A stretch of 64,000 nt of DNA, from assembly GCF_036321535.1 (NCBI RefSeq), contig NC_087436.1, forward strand, positions 86,306,001-86,370,000, given 5' to 3'. Position numbers and translations under genes: made by a program. This DNA comes from Camelus dromedarius (Eukaryota). A model generated the notes under the pieces. The model was given only the letters and a program-made list of their open reading frames with translations. It did no database searches and had not been told where the DNA came from. Below, in pieces: positions 37,397 through 49,954 of this stretch (positions within the stretch are counted from its first letter, which is position 1; the number at the start of each line of letters is the position of its first letter).

Positions 37397-38894
37397 CAAA
37401 TTATTTGATCTTTTAAAGCTTTAGCTTGTCTATAAAATAGGATTTATAATTTTTCCTACCTCATTCAATTGTTTTGGGAATAAAATAAGAAAATGTGTGT
37501 AAAGTAAAAATAATTGATAGTTCTTTCGATCTGGTGTTGCTCACTTTGACATAAGAATTTAGACAAGGATTGTCAGGTAAAGTGCACTTCAGCACAGCAG
37601 CTGTCACTATGTTTGAGGGGGTTCTTTAATTCAAGAACTTTATGAAGCTGTCAACAGTTTTGCTGAAAATTCTTCAAGTTTATGGTATGCACCATCCTCA
37701 TTTGCCCCTAACTGGTGAAAAATTGACCCTCCAAAAAACTAGTTCTGGGCCAGCCTGGATCAATCTGGCTTTTGTTTTAGTCGGTTTTGGCGACACACAT
37801 GTCGGTCCCATTTTGTCTTGGACCATATCGTGGCATTAGGATGCCTTCATCTAAGATCAGGTTTTAAATACTCTTTGCAGACAGTTCTTCGACTTTAACC
37901 TATATTTCTTGAGCACACATCCTTCAGGCGCTAGGTTTGAAGCAGTGTTTTCTTTGGAAGGCACGGTTCCTCACCACGCTGTGTGGCAGGCTGCCTTTCC
38001 CCCTTAGCCGTTGAGTGGAAATGGCCGTGTTGCCACAGCTGTCTCTCTGCCCCAGCTGACTCACTCTGTATCTTTGCATTCTTAGGCCAGTCACCTTTGC
38101 CAAGATAATTTTAAAACAGCATTTTTTGGTGTGCTCTGGTCATGGGGAGGGCATTTCAATCTCTTTTGGGTGGAAAAAACCCACTTTTTGTGGGAGTCAG
38201 AGGCCAAAATATACCCCCCCCCACCACCACCACCAGTGGCCTCTTCTACTTCCCAGAAACACAAACCTCCCCCGAGCTCTTCCTCACTCCCCTAGTTCAG
38301 GTTGTTTCTGTTTCATCACTTACTGTTTAATTTCTAACACCATGTAAGTAATTCATGCTTGTTGTAGAAATCTGAAAAAAATGCATGAAAAATAGAGGTA
38401 AGAAGTGCTCTCCAAAGACAACATCTGTCACATTTTAGCATATTGCCTTCCAGCCCTTCAAGGTTTGAATTTTTTCCTTTTTTATTATTATTTAAAAATA
38501 TGAAGTAGAGCACATACTGGTTACATAATTCCCTTACTGATTCTTTCAGCTGGACATTACAATAAGCATTCCTTCGTGATTTGTGACATTCTCTGTAGAT
38601 ATAGCCAAAATGATCTTTACTGCATTTTTACTTATTATGAGAGTAAAACATGTTTTTTTTTTTTAAATTACATTTGAAAGCACAGATACACTCAGATTAG
38701 AAACCCATGACAACCATGCATAATCCCACCGTTCAGAGGCAGCTGCTGCTAATATTTTAGTTCATTTCCTTCTGTACTTAGATTATCTATATTTTAGATC
38801 TACATAGAGAACATATTCTAAACACCATTTGAAACATGTGTTATTCACTCAAAAATACTTGGGCTCGTCTTTTTAATAAAAAATCACCATTGTT

Positions 38895-39232
38895 TGGAGG
38901 AGGTAGGTGGACAAAATGGGTGAAGGAGGCTAAAAGATACAAACTTAAAATTATAAAATAAATGAGTCCTGGGGTTGTAATATCCAGCAGGGTGACTATA
39001 GCCAATAAACTGGGTTGTGTATTGGAAAGTTGCTAAGAGACTAGGTCTTAAAAGTTCTCACCATAAGGAAAAAGAAGTGTAACTGTGTATGGGGATGGAT
39101 GTTAACAAGACTTATTGTGGTGATCATTTTGCAATATAAGCAAATACTGAATTATTATGCTGTACACTTTTGCTTGTTTGCTTGTTTGAAAATGATCTAT
39201 TAAATGTCAGTTATATCTCAATTTAAAAAAAA
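38895..39232 (+). mobile_element. L1MA9-like 3'UTR end
   Basis: aaaatgggtgaaggaggctaaaagatacaaactt...aaagttgctaagagactaggtcttaaaagttctcacca...ttattgtggtgatcattttgcaata...gtcagttatatctcaatttaaaaaaaa. Confidence 0.85.
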
Positions 39233-40594
39233 CCCTACAATTCTTCAAATGTTTGCATAGAAATCCATCTTATGGATGATTCTTTTATTCAGAGGGCTCC
39301 TATTGTTGGACTTAGTTTTAAATTATTGCCTGATGTCCCAACGTATCCTGCTGGTACCTGCTGTCTCTTCCTTGTCTTTTCCACGAGCCTTGGGTGCCTC
39401 AAGGTTGGAGAGAATTCCTGAGTCATCTTAGTCCCAGCCTGCTGCCCAGCACCCAGCACGTGGTCCACTATAAACGCTGGCTGGATGAATGAACTCTTAC
39501 TGAGCTCGGCTGGCCTGGGAGGCACCAAAGAACAAGTTTATGAAGTACAGAACAGAACAAGTTGCTGGTCTTGGGGGAGCTGCTGTCCGACAGCTGAGAC
39601 TAAGTCTGTCCACCTCCTCCACCTCCGTATGAATTTCCTCCAGTGCCGTGCAGCTGACACATGTTTATTCTTTAATTACGGGCCACTGGGTGCTCTCCGC
39701 ATCTTTCTAAAGATGAGAACCATAGTGAATTCTCATTATTTGGGGAAAGCATTTTGGAAGACAGTGGAAGGCCTCATAGTGGAGAGAAATCTGATTTTGG
39801 AGTACAAACACTTAGGTTCCATTCCTTGCTCACCCTTCCGCTTTGCCATCTTAGGAAATTCACCCAACCATCCAGGCTTTAGTGTCCTTCTCTAGCTAGG
39901 GGCAAGACACAAACATACCTTCCTCCTCTGCACACAGGCTCCTTTGAGAGCAACTGTCCTATGGATGTGAGTTGAGCTGGGCAGGTAGAGGAATCAAGGG
40001 GGAGGGTGGGTGAGGAGCCAAGGAGACCCTTTGGCCTCACATTTATGAATTGTCCCAAGTTTGTATTTTTAAAGGTTATACATATATATTCTCAGTGAGA
40101 GGCAGTTGTGTGACATGGCATTTGTGAATGCATGTCAGAAGTAGTAATTTGCTCAGTATGGATGTTTCCACTGTTCCATACTTTTTGTAACTTTCTTTTG
40201 GTCTTTTTTCCCTTCATTTGGACATTGCTGGCAGCCTCAATCAAAGGAAGTGGCTTAGGTCTCCTGACTTGAGGGAAACCCTCTTTGCCAAAGCACCTCG
40301 TAAACTATAAGAACACTCTGACAGCGGTGGAAACGGAACCGGGGAGGGCGGAGGAGGGCTGTTCTTCAGTGGGAGGGGGTGATTATGGAGAGAGAGTTGG
40401 AGATGGGGCAGGAAATGCTGGGGAACAGGCTCCCCAGGGTTGTCTCCTTCAGGATCCTCCAACTGGACACGGAAATGAAGTGATAGCAGCAGAGAAAAGA
40501 ATTTCATTTTGAATATTGCCTTTCTTTCCCCAGAAAGACCACGGCTTTTCTGTTTCAGTGAGAACAGAAATTTTCAGAGTAAAAATTTTCGTGC

Positions 40595-40731
40595 AAAAAA
40601 AAAAGGAAGGAAGGAAAGAAGGAAGGGGGAGAGAGAGAGGAAGAAAGAAAGAAGGAAAGGAAGGAAGGAAGGAAGGAAGGAAGGAAGGAAGGAAGGAAGG
40701 AAGGAAGGAAGGAAGGAAGGAAGGAAGGAAA
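40595..40731. repeat. Polypurine tract ending in perfect (GGAA)18
   Basis: Only A/G from 40595 to 40731. Perfect GGAA units span 40659-40730. Confidence 0.98.
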
Positions 40732-42035
40732 TACCTGAAGGCAGTTAACTGCTTTTCCCAGGGAGTCGTTCAAGACCTCTTGAAGGTACTAATTGTAATG
40801 GTGACAGTGTTACTGCAGACAGATGGAATCTGTGTTCTGGGCAGCAATCTTGCAGTAGATCCAGGGTCAACGGTTTTCCTCGAGACATTTTACCCAAGCT
40901 CATTTGATGCCACCATTTATTACAAGGGACAGTTTGTATCACAAATCTCATAAAGTCACTGCATTTCCAAGTTTAACCTCTCAATCAGAAAGGAAGTTAC
41001 CTCACAATTTAATAAGGTAGAAACGAACGTTTGTACCACTATCGTGTATCTTGTAATTGGCTCGAGGGAACAGCTCTCCCCTTTCATTTATGGAAAGTGG
41101 GCCTTGGCTGTCTCCCATTTGGAATTTTCCAGGGCTGCCCTGGCTTTGAATCCTCCATACCGGCGGCTCTCTCACCAACATGGGTTCCTGTGAGGCCTTC
41201 ACATCCTGATTTCTGGTTCTGGAGAGCTACTGGCGGGTGCTGTGCCCCTTTTCATGTGAGAGGCAGAGACCAGTTGGCCTGAGCCTCTTCCCTCAGGCAG
41301 ATGTCTGGCTCCCACTGAGTCACTGTCCCAGGTCACCAGCTTGTTCCAAAGGAGGAGGGCCCTGGAGCCATGATCTTCTTTTGCAGAACATTCATTATAA
41401 GGTGCTGCTCTATTTTCTGCCATAAATGGAATTAGAAATGCTTTTAATGGGGATGACCATGGCCTTCACATGCAAGTGTTTTATCTAAAAAAATGATAGC
41501 ATATACATGGTCTTCGTAATATGTTAATACAAACAGTTAGAAACTCTTGACCAACTGGCAGGGTCTCCCAGGGCTTCCTCGCTGGCCAGCCCTCTGAGCT
41601 AAGCTTCCAAAAACCAGGTGGTGGGCAGCAGCCCACACAGGTGCCAACTCTCCCCTTGAAGAGCTCCCTTGTCAAGGCTCCCAGGACGCCCCTCCGCCTT
41701 CGTCCCTCCCTACTTCACTGGCCGCCTCAGGGTGGGCAGGAGGAGTCTGCCTCCACAGTGGGCATGGAAAGGCAGTGACCTGGAAAGCAGCTGTCCCCTC
41801 TCCTGAAAGCACATCTTACTCGGCTCCTTGTCCCTCCCTCCCCTCCCCCTCAACTCCACAAATGAGACAGGAGATGGTCCAAGCAACTCTTCTCCAGCTT
41901 TGTAGGCAGAGTGGGTCCAGGTGGGTCTAGTTCCCTCACTTAACTGCTCGGATGCTCAGCCTTTTCACTGCTAAGAAGGGAAGACCCATCATTCCAACCT
42001 CACCCATTTGTCGTGAATATTAAATGCTTTAAAGA

Positions 42036-42268
42036 CAGTGGTTCTTAACTGGGACATGATTTTGCCCCCCAGCAGATACTTGGCCATGTCTGGAGACATT
42101 TTTGGGGTCACAACACAAGTAGGCTGGAGTAGGGTGGAGGGGTCACCACTGGTAACAGGTGGGGAGGGACCATGGATGCTGCTACACATCCTATGAGGCA
42201 AAGGACTGCCCCACCTCAAAGGAGGGTCTTGTCCCAAATGTCAGTAGTGCTGAGGTTGCAAAATTCTG
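42036..42268 (+). mobile_element. MER20 (hAT-Charlie) DNA transposon, near full length
   Basis: cagtggttcttaactggg...attttgccccccagcagatacttggccatgtctggagacatttttggggtcacaac...cccaaatgtcagtagtgctgaggttg. Confidence 0.9.
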
Positions 42269-43156
42269 CCATAAGGCATAAAGTGTACTTAGTTCACTGC
42301 GTAAGAAATGTCATTGTCACCATCGTTGCCATTATTCTTGTATGCAGTGGCTCCCTGTCAGGGCAATGGATGTATCTTCTATTACTTTTAGAAACAAAAC
42401 TTATTTTAGCCTTTCAATCTGTGACACAAGAATGCTACTGAACAGTACAAACATTGGTGGAAACACTGTGCATGAAGGTGAAACACGAAGAGAAAGCAAA
42501 TTGTCCATATGCCTAACTAACCAGGGAAAATGATAGATTATACAAAGAAGCATACTTTTTATGTATTACCACTAATCCCCCCTGCAAATTAGGTGTTTTG
42601 TGCTCCCTTTAGAGAACAGAAAGTGTGTACTCATAGAAGTTGTGTGATTTGTCCCAAAGATAAAGGCTGGTGAGCGATAAAGCCAGGCTGTGAACCCAGG
42701 TATTCTGAGTCAATGAGATAAGTTTTCCACCAGCTGGCTCCTCCACCCTGCTCCTGCTCCCCCGCGGCCAACCCAGCCTGCCGGTGTTCTGGGATCAGAG
42801 CAGACAAGCACACCCAGGTGATATGTTTTACAGTGTGAAAAGGACACAGGAACATCAAAAGAGTCACTACCTTAAGGTGGTGAATTGATTAGTGTTTACT
42901 TGAAAACTTTTACTTTTATAAAAGCCCACAGTTGATCTAATCCTAGCAAACTTAAAAAAGGCATCCACACATAGACCCACATCACATTGACTTCCAATCC
43001 TGCTGTCTGCACAAAACTCTTATTAAAGTCAAGACTAAATCAAATGTGATGCTGATTTAATTAAGCAGCTAGATTGGTGGTGCCTTGTGTGAAACACTGC
43101 AGAAATGTGATTCTAATCTCCCCACCTCCTCTCTGCCTACCACTACTCCCCCCACA

Positions 43157-43158
<2 letters not shown>

Positions 43159-43248
<90 letters not shown>
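43159..43248. repeat. Perfect (AC)45 microsatellite
   Basis: 90 bp of uninterrupted AC. Confidence 0.99.
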
Positions 43249-43250
<2 letters not shown>

Positions 43251-44411
43251 TAATGCCTTTACCATCTTTCATTCTTTCTGAGTCCATTTACTCCCTCGGT
43301 TATCTCTCTCTCTTCCCTCCCCTCTGAAACAGGTTAGCATCTTAATGGAGGGTAAGTGGTTCCAGCAATTCCATTAGGAGAGAGCCTTCTGGCTGGGTAG
43401 GGTAACTGAGGAAAAGGTTTAGCAAGGAGAAAAGCCACAGTTCTGAACTGAACTAGTGTTTTACATCAAAAACAGTCTTTTTTTTTTTTTGGAAAGAGAC
43501 CAGCCGAGTGGTGAGTTACAGCAAAGTGCCCCAGAGGCTGGGTCCTCTGCAGTGTTTCTCCAAACCAAGACAGTCGCATAAGCAGAAACATCTGGATGGG
43601 GCGAAGCCCACTTTGAAATCCGAACATAGATGGACAGAACTTGTTTACACATCGCTTGTGTTTGAATAATGGCAAGAGTTTGAGCCCAGGAGGGGCTTTG
43701 TTTTTCAGGCTTTTGGATATGGGCAGAGAGAACTGCCAGCGCTTTGAGGGGATTTGGAGTTGGGGGGGTGGTGGGTTCCATGGGGACACGGGACAATGGT
43801 GAATTGGGGCAACTTGTGCAGTCCTTTGGAGTTTTGTTTCAATTTCTCTTTTCTTCTGCATTCAGCAGCTTTAAAGCATAAAGTCCTTAAGAGAAGAGGC
43901 AGACCATCCGGGGGGGGGTTGGAGCTTATGTGAGGATTTGTGGCTTTGCTTGGAAGGATGAGGGGTGAGCAGACTGGGTGATAAGCTTTGCATGTCCTGT
44001 GGGCCGAGACCAGCACTAACTGCGGAAGCGGCTGCTGTCCTGTTCATGGTGGGGGTGGGGGGCTTCCAAGATGCCGGTGTCTGCCAGGCTCATGGAGAGG
44101 GCTGAAGGCCCACCTTTGTGTCCCCAGAGGGGTGATGTGTACAGAAAGCTTGAGGGTGATCCCAGCAGACTCTCTGCTCACCCTTCCCATGCACAGGCTC
44201 ACCCCGAATGTCCTTGCCAGGCACCCCCTGCCTCCTTCCCGCACATGCCTGCACCCACTTGGCCACTTAATTTTGCATTCCTCCTGCAAGGTTGTGTCCT
44301 TTTGAAGGGAGGCCACAGAACGTGATAAGCAAGAGTCAGAATTCTGAGGTCACACTGGGCTTCGCTGATCATGCACTCTGTGACTGTGGGCAGGTCTCTT
44401 AACTTCCCTGG

Positions 44412-44775
44412 TGCTGTGGATGGAATGTTCATGTCCCCTCATAATCCCTAGTTGAAATCTTAGCCCTGCATATGATGGTATTAAGAGGTGGGGCCCTTGG
44501 GAACATATTAGGTCGTGAGGGTGGAGCCCTCACAATGGGATTAGTGCCCTTATAACAGAGACTCCATGGAGCTCCCTCACCCCTCCCACCATGTGAGGCC
44601 ACAGCAAGACCTCCGTTTATGTCTGTGAAGTAGGAAGTGGGACTTCATGAGACACCAGACACACCGGTGTCTTGATCTTGGACTTCCCAGCCTCCAGAAC
44701 TGTTAGAAATAAATTTCTGTTACTTATAATGCCACTATGCTGTGGTATTCTGTTATAGCAGCCCGAACTAAGACA
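44412..44775 (+). mobile_element. Complete ERVL-MaLR solo LTR (MLT1A-like) inserted in a MIR
   Basis: TG...CA termini (tgctgtggatggaatg ... gcagcccgaactaagaca) with an internal cttgatcttggacttcccagcctccagaactg...AATAAA. 5-bp TSD CCTGG at 44407-44411 and 44776-44780. MIR sequence resumes on both sides. Confidence 0.92.
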
Positions 44776-45029
44776 CCTGGGCTTTAGTTTCTCATCTGGG
44801 TCAGCTACATAGTTGACAATGCTTAATAACTATTAGCTAAATGAATTCCCATCTTTTAGAATCATTGGGATAATTATACAAAATGATGTAAAACACCAGC
44901 TTGATGCCTGGTAAATGGTCAGGGTTCTGTAGTTGCTACCATTGTATATATAACATATATAATATACAGTGTATAATAACATACTATATAATAAATATTA
45001 GGAAAGAATATTTGCTTACATAATAATAC

Positions 45030-45265
45030 CTAATACACATACATCATGCTTACAGTATGCTAGGTATTATTCTAAGTGCTTTATATGTATGAAGTAATTT
45101 ATTCCTTTCAGCAGCCCTATGAAGTAGGTACTATTATTAATCCCTATTTTACAATTGAGAAAGCTGAGGTGTGTAAGGATAAGTCATTTGTTCAAGGTCT
45201 CACCACTCATCAATGGCACAGCTACAATTTGAATGAGGTAACCTGGCCCAGAATCCTAGCTTTTA
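45030..45265 (-). mobile_element. MIR SINE
   Basis: ttctaagtgctttatatgtat...gccctatgaagtaggtactattattaatccctattttacaattgagaaagctgagg. Confidence 0.85.
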
Positions 45266-45554
45266 AAGGAAGCAGTAAGTGTTTCTGAGGATCAAGAGGT
45301 GCCTTGCAAATAGTGCTAACCATCAAGGAATAAGAGGTCCATCCCACACATCTCAAGGGCTTGTAAGACACAGAAAGACAACTCATCAGGTCAAGCAGCA
45401 GTTTTGAAAGCTTCCCAGGTGATTCCACATTTCTGCCAAGTCTGAGAACCAGTGAGCTAGATTCGTGCTTCTCAGACATTCTTGTGCGTTCATTTTATAT
45501 GAGGATCTTTCTCAAATACAGATATTAACACAGTCTGGGTTGGAGCCTCGGTCT

Positions 45555-46680
45555 TTTTTCTTTTTACTTAACTTTTATTGTGGTATAATTCACCTACATA
45601 AAGTTCACTATATAAACTGTAGAATTCAGTGATTTTTAGTATATTCATGAGATGCAACCATCATGGCCATCTAATTCGGGAACATCTTCATCACCCCAAA
45701 AGGAAGATTGGTACCCAGTGGCAGTCACTCCCCGATTCCCCTTCTTCCAATCTCTAACTCTAAACTGCTTTCTGTCTCTGTGGATTTGCCTGTTCCGGAC
45801 ATTTCATATAAATCGAATCGTCCAACACGCTGCCTTTTATCCCAGGCTTCTTTCACTCAGCATGATGTTTTCAAGGTTCATACATATTGTATCAAGTATC
45901 AGTACTTCATTCCATTGAATGGAATGGCTGAGTTCCATTCCATTCCATTGGCTGAGTCTGTGGTATGCATATTCCACATTTTGTATATCCATCCATCAAT
46001 TGAACACATGGGTTGTTTCCACTTTTTGGCTATTTTGAATAATGCTGATACGATCCTTTGTGTACAAGGTTTTGCATGGACATATGTTTGAATTCTGGTG
46101 GGTATACACCTAGGAGTGGAATTGCTGGGCCATGTGGTAGCTCTATGCTTGCCTTTCCGAGGAACTCCCAAATTAGTTTAGAAGGTGGCCGCACCATTTT
46201 ACATTCCCACCAGCAATGTGTGAGAGTTGCACTTTCTCCACATCCTTGTTAACTCTTGCTATTGTCTGATTTTTTTAAATTATAGCTATCCCAGTGGGTG
46301 TGAAATGGCATTTCACTGTGGTTTCAATGTGCATGTCCCTAATGACTAATGCTGTTGAGCATCTTTTCATGCACTTCTTTGGTCATTTATAGATCTTCTT
46401 CAGAGAAGTGTCTATTTAAATCCTTTGCACATTTAAAAAATCGGTTGTCTCTTGATTTAAGTATTCTTCACATATTCTGGATACTAGATCCTTATCAGAT
46501 ATATGATTTGCAAATACTTTCTCTCATTCTGGAGGCTATCTTCTCCTTTCTGGTTACTGTCTTTTGAAGCACAAACTTTATGATGTCTCCTTTACTCACT
46601 TTGCCTTTTATAGCTCTTGCTGTTGGTGCTGTAGCTAAGAAACCATTGCCTAATCCAAGGTCACAAAGATTCTCATTTCT
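45555..46680 (-). mobile_element. L1MB-like 3' fragment, apparently nested in a MER5-like element
   Basis: ORF 45899..46171(-) has ALFKIAKKWKQPMC (decayed ORF2 end), plus ttttacattcccaccagcaatgtgtgagagtt. MER5-like halves lie at ~45465-45550 and ~46680-46740. Confidence 0.85.
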
Positions 46681-49024
46681 AGAAATTCTCAGGTGCTGCT
46701 GGTGTTGCTGGTTTAAGACCCACAGCTTAGATAGCAAGGAGGTAAGGCTTTTTTTTTTTTTTTTTTCTTTTCAATGACCTGATGGTACAGGAACCGCTGC
46801 TCTCTTTGGATGGCTTAGTAACCAACTCTGATCCAGCCTGAATCAAACTGGAGTTTTCCTTAGTCTGCCAGAGTTCTCCCACTGTGGGTGGAGAATTGCT
46901 GTGGGCTGCCTTCTCTTTTCGTTGGAAGCTCCGAACCTAAGAGCTTGGATGAGTTCAAACTCAGTACTATAAACTAGGTAAAGAATGCTTTCGCCGTACT
47001 GGAATTTAGTTGTTGAAAGTGTAACTCAAATGAGTGAGCCTTTGTCTGTGGCTCTGTCTGTAGTCAGAAATTTCTTGTTCCAGCAGCATTTGCTCTAACG
47101 AGACTGGAGATGGAGTGACTGGCAGTACCGCATCCAAAATAAATCACAGGGCATCCCAGCAAGACAGCACTGTCATTCTCTCAGACGCGGCCCCATTTCA
47201 GAGCATAATACTCCCATAAATTACAAGCTTATTAGCAGAAAGGTTAGCTTGGATTCCTCTGGTTTATTTTGTTTTATTTTTTAGAAATTTGGTTTGTTCT
47301 TAAATGAAACCTCTACTTTCAGGTCCAAAGTTCCAGAAAGCATGCGGATGTTAATGTATCTCTCTCTGTCTCTGGATGATGGTCTTTCTTCTTCTGGACC
47401 ACTTCCTCTCACAGACTAAGTCAAGGTGACCCCCACTGCCTGCTGGACTCCATAGAGCCCTCCTTGGGGGGCCCTTTGGTCATAGGATCAGTCAGCTTGG
47501 ACACCAGATAGGAAACACTGACCTTGGACACTCTCAGGGGGGACAGTGGGGGATCGTGGGTGGCACTTTCCTGGCAAAGTTAGAATGCATACAACTCAAG
47601 GGGCTGCAGACAGGAAGGAGCCTCTCAGGGATCCACTCCGCTGCCTGCAGGCCAGACCCCCAGCAGCCTGGCTTTCCATCCACACTGCTGCCGAGGACAC
47701 CCCTCAATGGTCCTTACCACTTCCGCCTTCTCTGAGCTGCTTCTCCTTGGAATGTTTGTGGTCTTCAGTCAGTCCACTAAGTGTGGACAAGATTCAACTA
47801 TTCATCTTTTACTCACTTACTCCTTCTCACATATTTATTGAGCCTCTACTCTTTGCAGGGCTCCGTGCTCATCATTGGAGGGATTACAAAGTTTGTCTTT
47901 GCCCTCACAAAATTTACAGTGTGATGGAGGTGGCCACTCTGAGCTATCAGTTCAGCAAATATTTATCAAAGGCATGCTGTGTGCTAGGTACTTTCTAGGT
48001 ATCGTGGTTAAATCAGTGTCAAGAACAGACCAGGTTTCTGCTCTCTGGTGCTTGCAAGGGTGCTAATAGTTAGCTTTAACACAGGGCCATTCAGTTAAAA
48101 TGGAATAAACTATACGTCTGCTGTCTTCATTCATTCATTCACTCACTCATTCATTCATTTCAGAAGTAGTTACCAAGCTCTTACTGTACACCAGTCACTC
48201 TGTTAAATTCTGATGAGCAAATCAGGACCAGATCCTTTCCCTCTCAGTGGGAATTTAGCCATGGATCAAGGAATCATAGTAGTGAATTAAGAACACCAAA
48301 CGGATAAATTGAGGAGCGATTAAAACCGAGCTGAGCTTGCCTGACGCTATCCCTGGGACTTGTCTGACTCTGGGTATCCCAGGTGACTTCCAGCTGTCAG
48401 TATCTGCACCTCCTCCCTTGATGCCCCAGCAATCTTAATCCCAAGACTCTCAGGGCTTCTTAGGTGCACAAAAATTATTATTATTTAACTGGTAGGGTCA
48501 GGGTCATTATATTCTACGTAATGACTTTTCCAGCTACCTGAAACTCATCTCTATGTGCCAAAGGTTCACAGCTCCCCACCTTTTTTTTTTTTTTAACCAT
48601 TTTGCTAGAAATCTTCCTGAAGTAATATATACTTTTCTGTTTTTAAAAAATAGTACATGATAAGTGTAATTTAATCTTATCTTGATGAGTAGGCTAATAT
48701 TTATAGAGCTGCCTTCACCCAATATTTTGGCATCTATTATTCATCCTTACCTGAATCCATTATTAAACTGGGAGTTGATAAATAGTGATTTTCTAGTTTT
48801 ATCATTCCTTCTACATTTGTTGGCTAGCATTCTTTTGTAAAGAAGAGCCCCCATCACACTTGCTTCCTCTTCCTTCTCTTTTTTTTTCTTCTCTCTCTCT
48901 TTTTTGGTATCACTATGGACTTATGTATTTTTTTTATTCTATCCATTGTCATTATTATTTTTTTTACACACAGATTGCCCTAAATGTGACCAGTAGAAGC
49001 CCACTTTAATTCAGCTCTTGTATT

Positions 49025-49950
49025 TTTTTGACGGCTTTATTGAGATATAATTGAAATACAGTAAACTCCATATATTTAAAGTACAATTTGGTAAGTTTCT
49101 ATGTATACACTCATAAAATCATCATTACAAGCAAGATAATGAATATATCTAACACCTTCCCTCCCTACAGTGTCCTCATGCTCCTTTGTAATTTCTCCGT
49201 CCTATTTCTCCTTCCTCTTCCAGACCCTCCGCTACCCTCAGGCTCTCCAGAAAACATAGATCTGTTTTCTTTTACAGTAGATTAGTTTGCGTATTCTTGA
49301 ACATAATATAAATGAAGTCATACAGTATGTACTCTTATTTTGTCTGGTTTCTTTCACTCAGCATAATTATTTTGAGATCCATTTAAGTTGAAGAGTGTAT
49401 CCATAGTTCATGCCTTTTTATTGCTGGATAGTATTTCATTGTACAGCTAACCACAGGTGGCTTATTCACTTGTTGATGGACATTGATTGGTCTTCAGTTT
49501 GGGGCTGTTACAAATGTAACTGCTGTGAACATTCATGTATAAATCTTTGTGGGCATAGGCACTCATTCATTTCTCTCGAGTAATTACTTAGGAGTGGAAT
49601 GGCTAAATCATATAGTAGGTATATGGTTAACTTCTTAAGAAACTGCCGAGCTGTTTTGCAAAGTTGTACCGTTTTACATCTCCACCAGCAGTGGAAGAGA
49701 TTTCCTATTCCTCTGTTCCTCTGTGTCTTCACTAACACTTGAGATAGTCAGTTTTAAAATTTTCTAGCTCTTCTAGTAGCAGAAGATCATTGTGATTTTA
49801 ATTTGCATTCACCTAATAGCCAATAATGTTGGACACATTCTTATCTGGCATTTTGCCATCTATATAGATAGATAGGAGAAGCATCTGTTCAATTGTTCAA
49901 TGTTTTTCTCTTTTAAAAACTGAATTGTTTTATTGAATTTTCTGAGTTCT
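49025..49950 (-). mobile_element. Old L1M (L1MC/MD-like) 3' fragment
   Basis: ctttattgagatataattgaaatacagtaaact...tttgtctggtttctttcactcagcataattattttgagatcc...gttttacatctccaccagcag. ORF 49508..49738(-) has LFHCWWRC. Confidence 0.85.
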
Positions 49951-49954
49951 TTAG

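Noticed and set aside
40509..40953. ORFs with EGRK/PSFL repeats
   Set aside because: These are translations of the GGAA microsatellite.
11997..42268. Two oppositely oriented MER20 copies as ends of a composite element or dsRNA stem
   Set aside because: They are 30 kb apart and highly diverged. Independent insertions of an abundant family explain them.
43061..43327. ORFs with CV/HT repeats
   Set aside because: These are translations of the (AC)45 microsatellite.
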